From positions 5,310 to 69,309 of the forward strand of contig JAADJA010000037.1 in assembly GCA_013151015.1 (NCBI GenBank): a DNA stretch of 64,000 nt. Direction: 5' to 3'. This DNA is from Chlorobiota bacterium. GTDB lineage: Bacteria > Bacteroidota > Bacteroidia > Bacteroidales > JAADJA01. The notes below the pieces were generated by a model, which searched no databases, was not told where the DNA came from, and worked only from the letters and a program-made list of their open reading frames with translations. Numbering within the stretch: position 1 is the stretch's first letter; the number at the start of each line of letters is the position of its first letter. The translations under genes were made by a program, and so were the position numbers. Positions 8,432-18,228 of the stretch are shown in pieces.

Positions 8432-10891
8432 TTAAGGGAATTTAGTTTGACCGGCTAGTTCTTCCAGCAGTTTTTTGAATTTATCATCATCTAGGTTTTC
8501 AGTGGCAATAAGTATTTCTTTTATCCATTTATCAATGCCTTTGATATTCTCCTTTTTCAAAGCCGACAGGGTTTTTTCGATTTTGGAAAATGAACTGGTG
8601 TCAAGTTTTGAAAGCATTGATAAGTATGGTTTTATCAATTGTCTTTCCCGATCGGTAAGTTGGGAGCCAATAAGCTGTATGCCGCTTTTTTTGGCTGCCC
8701 CTGATATTGCGATTTCCTTGAATCCGTCCACTAATATCCAGAATTCTGCACCTTTCCCCGGTTCCGAATCTACCCCGATTTCCCATCCGTGCGATTCGAT
8801 GGCCAATTTGCAAAATGCCAATCCCAGTCCCGTTGATTTTATCTCGCCAGATTTAAGCTGTTCCACTTGTTTGAATTTCTCAAAAATAGTTTTATGGAAT
8901 TCTTTGGCAATGCCCGGCCCGGAGTCTTTTACCGATATACGGACTTGCTTGTCCGGTGTGATGGATGTGGAGATAATTATGGACGAACCCCTTGGGGAAA
9001 ACTTTATGGCGTTCGAGAACAAGTTGACAAAAACCCGGACAAGGATGTCACGGTCGGCCTGGAACGAGTAATCCTTTATTGACTTATTGACTATTTCGAT
9101 ATTTACCGGGGAAGATAAATAATCAACTTCCCGGGACGATTCATTAATTATGTCGGACAACCCAACTTCCGTTTTGTCGAGCTCCAACTCGCTTGCCTCG
9201 GCCTTGCTTACATCCAATAGGTTCAAAACAAGGTTGAGCATCTGTTTACTGGTGTTTTTGATTAAAGTACTCCTTGTTTTTTCATCCTCCACCATATCAA
9301 TATTTGCCAATAAATTCAACGGGTTTTTTAAATCGTGGACCAACATATTGGTCATGGATTGTTTGTATTCGTCAAGTTCAAGTAATTTCTTGTTTGCGTT
9401 GCTTACTTCCTTTGCATAGGTTTCGATCTCCGTGTTTTGTTTTTCGATTTGAGCTTTTTTGTCTTTTAAGGCTTTAAGTGTTTTTTTCCTTTTTTGGGAG
9501 GATACAAAAATGAAAACCGCAATTACGATGACGAGGACAGAGATGAAAAGAAATATCAATTTTGACCTTTCCTCCGACTGTAGCTCTTTTGCGTGCAGGA
9601 AATCCTTTTCCAGTTCCCTTTGGACATTTCTTAAACTATCGCCAATCTGTTGCTGCCTGAACTTGTATTGCAAATCGAGTTGGGTAAATTCCTTTATTTT
9701 ATCTTCGCCCGACAGGCTGTCTTTTAAGGCAAGGTGCTGTTGAAGGAGTTGATACGCTTTTTCAGTTTGACCCGATCTGGAATAAACTTCAGCCAGTATT
9801 TTGGAGATTTTCATGATTTCAGGATTGAAACCATTTTCTTCAGCCGCCACCATGCCTTTTTTTAGGATTGTCCTTGCTTTTTGAAACTCGCCGATTTCCA
9901 TATAAGCAGTACCAAGATAAGCGGTGCCATCGGCATATTGCCTTAAATCCCCATATTCTTTTGCGATTGAAATGCTTTTGTTGAAATTTTCGATTACTTT
10001 CAGGTTGTCTGGCGGGTTTTGAGTGGAATAATAATATCCCGAAACCGAATAGTAGCTACATAAACCCAATGGGTAGCCGACATCTTCAAAGACTTTCTTT
10101 GCTTTTTCAAGTGTTTCAAAAGCCTTTTTGGTTTCCCCTTTATCAAAATATATTTCAGAAAGGTTGTTAAAGGCCTGGCCAAGGATGATTGATTCCTTGG
10201 TATTTGTTAAAATTTCAATCGTGTTCAAATAAGCTTCTTCCTCTTTTTCCTTATCCTTGGTTTTGCGGTAAACCGTGCCCATTGCGTTATAAATTGCCGC
10301 AACATTTGTTTGCGCCCCCGAAAGCTTAAATGCTTCAAGGGAGTTTTGTAAATGTTTCAGGGCAAGGACGTAGTTGCCTAAATTGGAGTAATTTAGACCA
10401 AGGTAATTATTTGAAATACCATACCAGTTTGTGTCGTTTGCAAACAAGAACAAATCATTGGCCCTCAACTGATATTTGAACATCGAATCTGTTTCCCCAA
10501 TACTTTTAAATACCAGGCCTTTGAAAAATAGTATTTTGCCAAGGTTGACCGTATCATTGATCGATGTGAAAATTACTGCTGATTTGTTCAAATAACACAT
10601 AGAAGAATCACTATCACCCTTCACCATGAAATACCTGCCTATTAACATTTCTGCCTGTGCCTCATAAAATGTTAGTTTTTCGGCTCGGGCTATTTTGAGC
10701 AAATCTTTGGAAAAGACGAAAGCCGAGTCCAGATTGTTCTTGCGAAAACAATCTATTGCCTTTGACGATATGTCTTCGGCCTCATCCACAGCTTCTTTGT
10801 TTTGCGCTAACAACACATTGGAGCTTGAAATCAACCCAAAAATGAAGAGATTAAAAAGCAGGAAAATGTTTGATGATTTCATCATGGCCAT
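8432..10891 (-). CDS. TPR-repeat sensor histidine kinase
   Basis: 819 aa: signal/TM segment, ~400 aa of TPR-like repeats, a TM helix (LIFLFISVLVIVIAVFIFV), a coiled coil, the H-box MLVHDLKNPLN and a HATPase_c region (NLFSNAIKFSP...DSGPGI...GLGLAFCK). Confidence 0.85.
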   Translation of the reverse strand: MAMMKSSNIFLLFNLFIFGLISSSNVLLAQNKEAVDEAEDISSKAIDCFRKNNLDSAFVFSKDLLKIARAEKLTFYEAQAEMLIGRYFMVKGDSDSSMCYLNKSAVIFTSINDTVNLGKILFFKGLVFKSIGETDSMFKYQLRANDLFLFANDTNWYGISNNYLGLNYSNLGNYVLALKHLQNSLEAFKLSGAQTNVAAIYNAMGTVYRKTKDKEKEEEAYLNTIEILTNTKESIILGQAFNNLSEIYFDKGETKKAFETLEKAKKVFEDVGYPLGLCSYYSVSGYYYSTQNPPDNLKVIENFNKSISIAKEYGDLRQYADGTAYLGTAYMEIGEFQKARTILKKGMVAAEENGFNPEIMKISKILAEVYSRSGQTEKAYQLLQQHLALKDSLSGEDKIKEFTQLDLQYKFRQQQIGDSLRNVQRELEKDFLHAKELQSEERSKLIFLFISVLVIVIAVFIFVSSQKRKKTLKALKDKKAQIEKQNTEIETYAKEVSNANKKLLELDEYKQSMTNMLVHDLKNPLNLLANIDMVEDEKTRSTLIKNTSKQMLNLVLNLLDVSKAEASELELDKTEVGLSDIINESSREVDYLSSPVNIEIVNKSIKDYSFQADRDILVRVFVNLFSNAIKFSPRGSSIIISTSITPDKQVRISVKDSGPGIAKEFHKTIFEKFKQVEQLKSGEIKSTGLGLAFCKLAIESHGWEIGVDSEPGKGAEFWILVDGFKEIAISGAAKKSGIQLIGSQLTDRERQLIKPYLSMLSKLDTSSFSKIEKTLSALKKENIKGIDKWIKEILIATENLDDDKFKKLLEELAGQTKFP

Positions 10892-11018
10892 AAATTCGAA
10901 ATACCCTTTGCAAAAAACAGAGCAATATAAACATATATATGTCTCTATATACTTGGAATATTAAATAATGTTACTGGATAAGCTGCGGTATATTGCTGCT
11001 GGGTTCAAATAAATAAAA

Positions 11019-11048
11019 GCCCCCTACTTGTAAAAGCAAGAAGGGGGC
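11019..11048 (-). terminator. Rho-independent terminator after the acyl-CoA dehydrogenase gene
   Basis: The minus strand reads cccccttcttgcttttacaagtagggggcttttatttattt: a GC stem (ccccct/aggggg) followed by a U-rich tract, 35 nt past the stop at 11083. Confidence 0.6.
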
Positions 11049-11082
11049 AGATATTGTTGTTCGGTAAAAGGATGTTTATTAT

Positions 11083-12867
11083 CTACAATCCATATTTGTT
11101 AGCTTCCACGATTTTTGCGGCAATCCGTCGCCGTGCGGAAATCACATCCACCGAAGTTGCTTTGGTAAAGCGTTTCATCCCCATCAGCATTCCCATTTTT
11201 TCATCGCCTTCGGCAAAATAATTTACGGTGTCCACTCCGGTTTTGTTTATTTTGGAAGCCATGTCAACCACAAAAACATCAAGTATGTCTTTATAAACAG
11301 CTAACTTAGCTTCATCGTACATGCTGCTTAGTTTTTCTACCCTTAACAAGGTTGATTCGGCAGCATAGGTATCAATCAGCATATCGGCCAGGTTCATCAG
11401 GATTTCCTGTTCGTCCTGAAGTTCGGTAGTGTATTTTTGAAGAGCCGCACCTGCCACCATCAAAATTGCTTTCTTGAAATTGACAATGATTTTTTTCTTT
11501 TCCTCAAAATAACTGACAGAGGTACTTCCGAAATCAGGAATGCCCATCAGTTCGTCACCAACGGCTTTTGCAGGTGTGAGTAAATCATATTCCCCTTTGA
11601 ATCCCCTTTTCAGTAATTCACCAACTATTAACATCCGATTGATTTCGTTGGTCCCTTCAAAAATCCGGTTGATACGTGAATCACGGTAGGCTTTTTCCAC
11701 CGGGGTTTCTGCCGAATAACCCATTCCCCCATAAATCTGGACACCTTCATCAACTACGTAATCCAATACTTCCGAGCCAAAAATCTTTGCAATGGAAGCT
11801 TCGATAGCGTATTGACGAATCCCTTCAATGCTTGCTTTTCCCTTGTCCATCCCTTCGGCGATAAGTGCGTTTATGGCATCGTCAATGTTCTGGCTGGCGC
11901 GGTAGGTAAGCGATTCGGAAGCAAAAGTCCGTATGGCCATTTCGGCGAGTTTGTGTTGGATGGCACCAAATCCCGAAATGAATTTTCCAAATTGTTTCCG
12001 TTCATTGGCATATTGCACCGAAACCCCGATTGTTGCCTTGCAAGCACCGACCGTGGCCCCTGAAAGTTTGATCCTTCCGAGGTTCAGGATATAAAGGGCA
12101 ATTTTAAAGCCGCCATTTTGAGGCCCCAACAGGTTTTCTGCCGGGACTTTCACATTGTCAAAATAAATCTGCACAGTAGAAGAACCATGGATTCCCATTT
12201 TGGCTTCTTCTTCCCCGATTTTGACACCTTCTGAATTTCGTTCAACGATAAAAGCACTCAGGTTTTTATCATCACCGATTTTGGCAAAAACAATAAGGAT
12301 ATCGGCAACACCTCCATTGGTGATCCAGATTTTTTCCCCTTCCAACGTATAATATTTCCCATCTTTACTTAATGTGGCTTTCGTCTTTCCTGAATTTGGG
12401 TCGGAACCGGCATTGGCTTCCGTTAGGCAATAAGCGCCTATATATTCACCTGTTGCAAGTTTGGGCAGGTATTTTTTCTTTTGTTCCTCATTCCCAAAAT
12501 AGAGGATGGGCTGTGTGCCGATACCTGTGTGGGCAGCATAGGCCACGGCAAAGCTAAAGCCTTTGCCCATTTCCTCCACGGCGCGCATGGAGGTCACGAA
12601 ATCCTGGCCAAAGCCATCATACTCCTCGGGAACAGATATGCCCAGCAAACCCAGTTTGCCGGCATCTTTTATCATTTTAATCAGTAGTTTCCTGTCGTGT
12701 TTTTCCAGGGCATCCATATTTGGCAATACCTGTGTTTCGGTAAAATCGCTACAGGTTTGGGCAATCATCCTTTGCTCTTCGTTAAATTCTTCGGGGATGA
12801 AGATGTCGGCTGCATTTGTCTCCTTGATCAAAAATTCACCGCCTTTTAATGTTTTTGTGTCTGACAT
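11083..12867 (-). CDS. fadE: Acyl-CoA dehydrogenase (large FadE-type, ~594 aa)
   Basis: ACAD motifs are present (GAYCLTEANAGSDP, KIWITNGG, QIYGGMGYS, RINRIFEGTNEI), plus a C-terminal extension typical of long ACADs. Confidence 0.85.
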   Translation of the reverse strand: MSDTKTLKGGEFLIKETNAADIFIPEEFNEEQRMIAQTCSDFTETQVLPNMDALEKHDRKLLIKMIKDAGKLGLLGISVPEEYDGFGQDFVTSMRAVEEMGKGFSFAVAYAAHTGIGTQPILYFGNEEQKKKYLPKLATGEYIGAYCLTEANAGSDPNSGKTKATLSKDGKYYTLEGEKIWITNGGVADILIVFAKIGDDKNLSAFIVERNSEGVKIGEEEAKMGIHGSSTVQIYFDNVKVPAENLLGPQNGGFKIALYILNLGRIKLSGATVGACKATIGVSVQYANERKQFGKFISGFGAIQHKLAEMAIRTFASESLTYRASQNIDDAINALIAEGMDKGKASIEGIRQYAIEASIAKIFGSEVLDYVVDEGVQIYGGMGYSAETPVEKAYRDSRINRIFEGTNEINRMLIVGELLKRGFKGEYDLLTPAKAVGDELMGIPDFGSTSVSYFEEKKKIIVNFKKAILMVAGAALQKYTTELQDEQEILMNLADMLIDTYAAESTLLRVEKLSSMYDEAKLAVYKDILDVFVVDMASKINKTGVDTVNYFAEGDEKMGMLMGMKRFTKATSVDVISARRRIAAKIVEANKYGL

Positions 12868-12903
12868 GATTATTTTATTTTAAAGTTTATTTTGTTGTTT
12901 TGA

Positions 12904-12932
12904 GTCCGATGACGGGTGTCAGATGACCGATG
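12904..12932. repeat. Left imperfect inverted repeat flanking four-helix-bundle gene 1
   Basis: gtccgatgacgggtg[tcagat]gaccgatg is the reverse complement, apart from a 6-nt insertion and one mismatch, of catcggtcacccgtcatccgac at 13372..13393. Confidence 0.75.
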
Positions 12933-12960
12933 TTGGTTTACACCTGATTTAGGTCATCTG

Positions 12961-13314
12961 TTAATTAATTTTGTTTTTAAATGAGTTCATCATATTCATT
13001 AGGTAAAAGCAATCATCATAGTGCTTATTGAATTCTTCATCTGAAATGTATTTTCGTCTCTTTGCTTTGTGCAAACATGTTACAACTTCCGCAAGTGAAC
13101 GGATCGCATATCTCATGAATTTTTTGAATTCAGGATTAGATTGTCCAATTGAGCCCTCTGAAATATTTAATGCAATGGAATCTCCAGCTCTGAGAATTTG
13201 TGAAGTAAGGTTGTATTTCTCATGCTCCGGGAATTTTTTGATCATATCATTTATATCTTCCCCTAAGTCCATGGCTTTCTGCCAAATCGTGAGTTTTTCA
13301 AACTTGAATTTCAT
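12961..13314 (-). CDS. Four-helix-bundle protein (23S rRNA intervening-sequence protein / Avd-like family)
   Basis: 117 aa: FEKLTIWQKAMDLGEDINDMIKKFPEHEKYNLTSQILRAGDSIALNISEGS...FMRYAIRSLAEVVTCLHKA is the classic pattern of this family. Confidence 0.85.
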   Translation of the reverse strand: MKFKFEKLTIWQKAMDLGEDINDMIKKFPEHEKYNLTSQILRAGDSIALNISEGSIGQSNPEFKKFMRYAIRSLAEVVTCLHKAKRRKYISDEEFNKHYDDCFYLMNMMNSFKNKIN

Positions 13315-13371
13315 TGTTGTTCTAATTTAAGGTTAGTATTTATTTCCCATCATCTGACATCCGTCACCCTA

Positions 13372-13393
13372 CATCGGTCACCCGTCATCCGAC
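13372..13393. repeat. Right inverted repeat flanking four-helix-bundle gene 1, within a gtcatccg-type low-complexity tract (13348..13410)
   Basis: catcggtcacccgtcatccgac, followed by atccgtcatccgtcatc. See 12904..12932 for the partner arm. Confidence 0.75.
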
Positions 13394-13408
13394 ATCCGTC
13401 ATCCGTCA

Positions 13409-14581
13409 TCAAAGCATCTCAAAAATCCCTGCAGCACCTTGCCCTGTCCCGATGCACATGGTGACCATTCCGTACTTTTTGTTTGTTCGTTTTAGTTCGT
13501 TTAGTACCTGTACGGAAAGCTTTGCCCCAGTGGCTCCAAGTGGATGACCAAGCGCAATGGCCCCGCCGTTTACGTTTACCTTTTCAGGATCAAGTCCTAC
13601 CTCACGGATAACGGCAATGGATTGTGAAGCAAAAGCTTCGTTAAGTTCGATTAGGTCAATGTCATTCAGTTTTATTCCCGAATGTTTGAGGACTTTGGGA
13701 ATGGCCTTCATCGGCCCGACACCCATTTTGTAAGGCTCCACACCGGCAACCTGATAATCCACCATTCTGGCGATTGGTGTGAGCTTGTGTTCTTTCAGGA
13801 CTTTTTCTGAAACCACCAAAACAAAACCTGCCCCATCTGACATTTGGGAAGAGTTTCCGGCGGTGGAAGACCCACCTTGGGCAAACGCCGGCCTTAATTT
13901 GGAAAGTCCTTCGGGAGTGGTTCCCCTTCTCGGTCCTTCGTCTGTGTCAAAAGTATATTCCCTGGATTGCATTTTATCGTCCTTGAAATAGTTTTCCTTT
14001 ACATTGATAGGTACGATTTGGTCTTTGAAATATCCATTGTCGATTGCATGGATAGCTTTCTCAACAGATTTTGCCGCGAAAATATCCTGTTCTTCCCGGC
14101 TGATTTTATACTCTTTGGAAACCATTTCGGAAGTTAGTCCCATGTTCAAATACCATTTGGGATGTTTCATGGCAGTAGCAGGGTTTGGAACTTGTCGCCA
14201 ACCTCCCATGGAAATCATCGACATGGTTTCGGCACCACCTGCCACAATTATATCTGCCAGTCCGGCATGGATCTTAGCTGAAGCAATTGCAATGGATTCG
14301 ATGCCAGAGGCACAATACCTGTTAATAGTCGAACCCGGCACATCCACAGTGTCCATGGCCATGAGGGAGAGCATCCTGCCCATGTTAAAACCTGTTTCGG
14401 CCTCGGGGAAGGCATTGCCAACCACCACATCGTCAATAATTGATTTGTCTATTTGCGGAAAGTCATTTAACAAATGTCTGATTACCGCTGTTGCGATATC
14501 GTCGGGCCGTGTAAAACGGAGACTGCCTCGTGGGGCTTTCCCTATTGCCGACCGATATCCACCTATTATATATGCATTCAT
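13409..14581 (-). CDS. fadA: Acetyl-CoA C-acyltransferase (thiolase)
   Basis: 390 aa with the thiolase signatures [18 protein letters not shown] and [14 protein letters not shown]...CIGTGQG. Confidence 0.9.
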   Translation of the reverse strand: MNAYIIGGYRSAIGKAPRGSLRFTRPDDIATAVIRHLLNDFPQIDKSIIDDVVVGNAFPEAETGFNMGRMLSLMAMDTVDVPGSTINRYCASGIESIAIASAKIHAGLADIIVAGGAETMSMISMGGWRQVPNPATAMKHPKWYLNMGLTSEMVSKEYKISREEQDIFAAKSVEKAIHAIDNGYFKDQIVPINVKENYFKDDKMQSREYTFDTDEGPRRGTTPEGLSKLRPAFAQGGSSTAGNSSQMSDGAGFVLVVSEKVLKEHKLTPIARMVDYQVAGVEPYKMGVGPMKAIPKVLKHSGIKLNDIDLIELNEAFASQSIAVIREVGLDPEKVNVNGGAIALGHPLGATGAKLSVQVLNELKRTNKKYGMVTMCIGTGQGAAGIFEML

Positions 14582-14602
14582 GATTGTTTGTTTTATGGCA
14601 AC

Positions 14603-14711
14603 CTCAAAAGAATCAAATCCCTGCGTTACTCAAATTTTTCCAGACACTCATTTACGGCAGTAAAATCGAGCCTTGAAAAATTTGAAAGCCTTGATATTTG
14701 ATTCTTTTGAG
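14603..14711. repeat. Nested inverted repeats (long stem-loop) in the fadN-fadA spacer
   Basis: The outer 16-bp perfect arms are ctcaaaagaatcaaat (14603..14618) and atttgattcttttgag (14696..14711). The inner 11-bp arms are tcaaatttttc (14630..14640) and gaaaaatttga (14675..14685). Confidence 0.8.
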
Positions 14712-14799
14712 AACACCTCATTTCTATTGTTTAGTTATTTTGTTTTTTTATTTATTGAATCCTTCTCGCATTCTTGCAATATCGCATTCAAGCATTATT

Positions 14800-17202
14800 T
14801 TAGTTCCTCAGGATCTTGCCTTTGGTAATAAGGCTTTGAATCCGTTCGAGTGTTTTGCGTTGCATGCAAAGTTCCAAAAAGGCTTTTCGTTCCAGGTTCA
14901 GTAAATAATGCTCAGAAACTTCTGTGAGTGCCTGCGAAATTTCGCCACCGGCCATTACCCATCCCAGTTTTTCGGCAATGAGCTTATCGTGTTCCGACAT
15001 ATAATTCCCGGTGGTAAATCCATCAGCACCAACATATACAAGTCCGAGGGCTTCAAGTCCAAGGACTTTGATGTCTTTTCTCATAACTGGTTTTGTATAA
15101 CCTTTTTCGGCAAGGTTCAAAGCAGCTTGTTTCGCATAAGCCAAGTGATGTGCCCGGCTCACAATGACTTCATCCTGTCCTTTCCGTAAATATCCCAGGT
15201 CAAATGCTTCATAAGCCGAAGTGGAAATCTTGGCCTGCCCAATGCTGAGATAGCGGTTCAGGAAGGCATTGGTTCGGATATCCCCATTTTTCAATTCATC
15301 GGAGAGACGAACCACAAACTCCTTTGTGCCGCCACCACCCGGGATAAGCCCGACGCCAAATTCAACCAAACCCATGTAGGTTTCGGCATGGGCCACTACC
15401 TTATCGGAGTGCATGCAGATTTCGCAGCCGCCACCAAGGGTCATTCCATGAGGAGCGGCAATTACCGGAACAGATGAATACCGGAGGCGCATAACCGTTT
15501 TCTGGAACCATTGTACGGCCATGTCCAAATCTTCCCATTCCTGTTCGATGGCGAGCATATAAATCATCCCCACATTGGCACCGGCAGAAAAATGTTCGCC
15601 CTCATTGGAAATCACAAGCGCGGAATAATCGGCCTCGGCCATATCAAGGGCTTTGTTCAGGCCAACCAACACATCCTGCCCAACCGTGTTCATTTTGGTA
15701 TGGAATTCAATGTTCAAAACACCATCGCCCAAATCAAAAATACTGACCCCGGTATTTTCCCAAAGGACGTTGGATTCACGAAGGACTTCCAACGAAAGCC
15801 TTCCTTCCTGTCCGGGGACAGCTTTGTAGGACTTTGACGGGATGTCGTAAAAATATTTAAGCCCGGATTCTACTTTATAAAAAGCGGTAATCCCGGCATC
15901 AAGCATGTCATAAATCCACTGGGCGGGTTTGTTCCCGGTCTTTTCCATGGCTTTCACGGTTTCGGGTACACCCACTGCATCCCATGTTTGGAATGGGCCG
16001 AGTTTCCAGCCGAAACCTGCGTTCATGGCATCGTCCACTTTGTAAATCTCATCGCTGATCTCAGGGATGCGGTTCGATACAAATTGGAATAATTTATAAA
16101 ATGATTGACGGTAAAAATTACCCACTTTTGTGTCATCGGCAAAAAGAATGGGCATCCTTTTCCGAACATCGTCTATGTCTTTCGTTTTTTTGAAAACCGA
16201 AAAGCGGGGCTTGGGGGCTTCCACATATTTCATGGTCTTGAAATCAATGGAAAGGAATTTCTTTTTCCCATCTTCCACCACCTTTTTGAAAAAGCCCTGT
16301 TTTGTTTTGGAACCCAGCCATTTGTTTTCCAACATTTTCTGAAGGTAATCGGGGATGCCGAATTGTTCGTTTGCCTCATCGTTTGTATCGGCCTTGATAT
16401 TGTTGGCTACATGTACAAGCGTGTCCAATCCCACAAGGTCAGCGGTCCTGAAGGTAGCCGATTTTGCCCTTCCGATAACAGGTCCCGTGAGTTTGTCGAT
16501 TTCAGGAATGGTCAGGTCAAGGTTTTTTACATTATTGAAAAGCTCCATGATGGAAAAAGTCCCGATACGATTGGCGATAAAGGCCGGTGTATTTTTGGCA
16601 AGGACCGGGGTTTTCCCCAGGAACTTGCTTGCATATCCCGAAAGGAAATCCATGACTTCCGGTTTTGTTTTGGAGGTTGGGATGATTTCGAATAACTGCA
16701 AATAGCGCGGTGGGTTGAAAAAATGCGTACCGCAAAAATGTTGTTGGAAATCATCGCTCCGCCCTTCTATCATATCCTCCACCGAAATCCCGGAAGTATT
16801 GGTCGTGATAAGGGAACCCGGTTTTCGGTATTTCTCAACATTTTCAAAAACCGATTTCTTGATGTCTAAGCGTTCGATAACCACTTCGATCACCCAGTCA
16901 CAGTCCTTGATCCTGGAAAGGTCATCATCAAAATTCCCGGTAGTGATCCGGTTGGCAAATGATGGGTGGTAAATGGGCGAGGGTTTTGATTTAAGGGAGT
17001 TCTTCAATGAGTCGTTTACGATTCGGTTTCTGACCGCTTTGCTTTCCAGCGTCAGCCCGGCTGCTTTTTCCTTGTCGTTCAGTTCCCGTGGGACAATGTC
17101 AATAAGGAGCACTTCGACCCCAATATTGGCAAAATGACAGGCAATCCCGGAACCCATTACCCCGGAACCCAATACAGCTACTTTTTTAATTCGTCTTGTC
17201 AT
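14800..17202 (-). CDS. fadN: Bifunctional 3-hydroxyacyl-CoA dehydrogenase / enoyl-CoA hydratase (FadN/FadB-like)
   Basis: 800 aa. The N-terminal Rossmann motif VAVLGSGVMGSGIA (3HCDH) is followed by a C-terminal crotonase-like region (SAGANVG...GGGCEICMH). Confidence 0.85.
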   Translation of the reverse strand: MTRRIKKVAVLGSGVMGSGIACHFANIGVEVLLIDIVPRELNDKEKAAGLTLESKAVRNRIVNDSLKNSLKSKPSPIYHPSFANRITTGNFDDDLSRIKDCDWVIEVVIERLDIKKSVFENVEKYRKPGSLITTNTSGISVEDMIEGRSDDFQQHFCGTHFFNPPRYLQLFEIIPTSKTKPEVMDFLSGYASKFLGKTPVLAKNTPAFIANRIGTFSIMELFNNVKNLDLTIPEIDKLTGPVIGRAKSATFRTADLVGLDTLVHVANNIKADTNDEANEQFGIPDYLQKMLENKWLGSKTKQGFFKKVVEDGKKKFLSIDFKTMKYVEAPKPRFSVFKKTKDIDDVRKRMPILFADDTKVGNFYRQSFYKLFQFVSNRIPEISDEIYKVDDAMNAGFGWKLGPFQTWDAVGVPETVKAMEKTGNKPAQWIYDMLDAGITAFYKVESGLKYFYDIPSKSYKAVPGQEGRLSLEVLRESNVLWENTGVSIFDLGDGVLNIEFHTKMNTVGQDVLVGLNKALDMAEADYSALVISNEGEHFSAGANVGMIYMLAIEQEWEDLDMAVQWFQKTVMRLRYSSVPVIAAPHGMTLGGGCEICMHSDKVVAHAETYMGLVEFGVGLIPGGGGTKEFVVRLSDELKNGDIRTNAFLNRYLSIGQAKISTSAYEAFDLGYLRKGQDEVIVSRAHHLAYAKQAALNLAEKGYTKPVMRKDIKVLGLEALGLVYVGADGFTTGNYMSEHDKLIAEKLGWVMAGGEISQALTEVSEHYLLNLERKAFLELCMQRKTLERIQSLITKGKILRN

Positions 17203-17243
17203 AGTTGTTTGTATTTGTGTGATTGTATTATATTTTGGTTCAT

Positions 17244-17295
17244 ATTCGTCTGACCACTACGCACAAGCATGCGCAACGGCAGTAGTCAGACGAAT
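17244..17295. repeat. Hairpin / inverted repeat between marR and fadN
   Basis: The arms attcgtctgac (17244..17254) and gtcagacgaat (17285..17295) extend imperfectly by ~6 bp. The loop carries the gcatgc palindrome. Confidence 0.7.
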
Positions 17296-17303
17296 ACGCA
17301 ATT

Positions 17304-17750
17304 TTAATTCCTATCATGAAATGCCTCCACATCCTCACATACTTGGTCACGTATTAATTCATTTACTTTCACAAAGCCCGCAAGGTCTTTCTTATTTAAT
17401 TTTTTCATCAACCTGAGATTAAAATCCAGCACAACCTCTTCAACTTGTTTCTTTAAATCAATTCCCTTTTTTGTGAGAAAGATCAATGTAACCCGCTTGT
17501 CAATTTTGTCAGCTGCCCTATACACCAACCCATCATCTTCCATCTTTTTTAAAAGACGGCTAAGGCTTGAAGCGGTCATTCCCATCAAAGGGGCAATCTT
17601 GGTCGAAGGGATTCCTTCCTTTCCAATATTTACAAGTGCATAACCGATCCCCTGGGTAATCCCGTTTTCGGCTGCCAGCAAATTGTACATCCGGCGCATG
17701 GCAAACAGGGTGGAGCGTAATTGAAAATCAATGGTTTCCTGGATGTTCAT
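17304..17750 (-). CDS. MarR family transcriptional regulator
   Basis: The start is set at MNIQETIDFQLRS (ATG 17750). A winged-helix region IPSTKIAPLMGMTASSLSRLLKKMEDDGLVYR..DKIDKR is present. It is the first gene of the beta-oxidation operon. Confidence 0.8.
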   Translation of the reverse strand: MNIQETIDFQLRSTLFAMRRMYNLLAAENGITQGIGYALVNIGKEGIPSTKIAPLMGMTASSLSRLLKKMEDDGLVYRAADKIDKRVTLIFLTKKGIDLKKQVEEVVLDFNLRLMKKLNKKDLAGFVKVNELIRDQVCEDVEAFHDRN

Positions 17751-18123
17751 TGCAGGTTTATGTTTTTGATGATATTTATGTGATAATGATTTGCTTTTAA
17801 CTGAAATTGGATAAAGGCAAAAATGCTTCAATAAATACAAGCTTTATTCTTTTGAACAAGACATTATAGCATTGAACCCTTAACGCATTGTTGCATTAAA
17901 TTATTATGCACGCATTGCAAATGTACTAAAAATATGTTATGCATGTCAAGTATTTTTATAAAAAAAGTTAATTTAGCCCAACTTTTTTAAAAACAGGATT
18001 GTCAAATAGGGGAGGTATTCCAGTAGGCATAGAGGTTTCGGTTTGCTTTTGAATTTTGTACATTTTAGCGAAGGAAATATTGGGAATTAGGATTTGATAA
18101 GTATAACAAAAGATATTAAAACA

Positions 18124-18164
18124 GCCACGAATGCACGAATAAATATTATTCGTGCATTCGTGGC
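18124..18164. repeat. Perfect 18-bp-stem hairpin upstream of the GxxExxY gene
   Basis: gccacgaatgcacgaata-aatat-tattcgtgcattcgtggc. The same ccacgaatgcacgaa/ttcgtgcattcgtgg arms recur at 18611..18647. Confidence 0.9.
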
Positions 18165-18228
18165 CATATTTAAATAAAATAATCATAAATCAAAAAGGAG
18201 AATCTGATATTCAAAAAAGTGAACTGTC

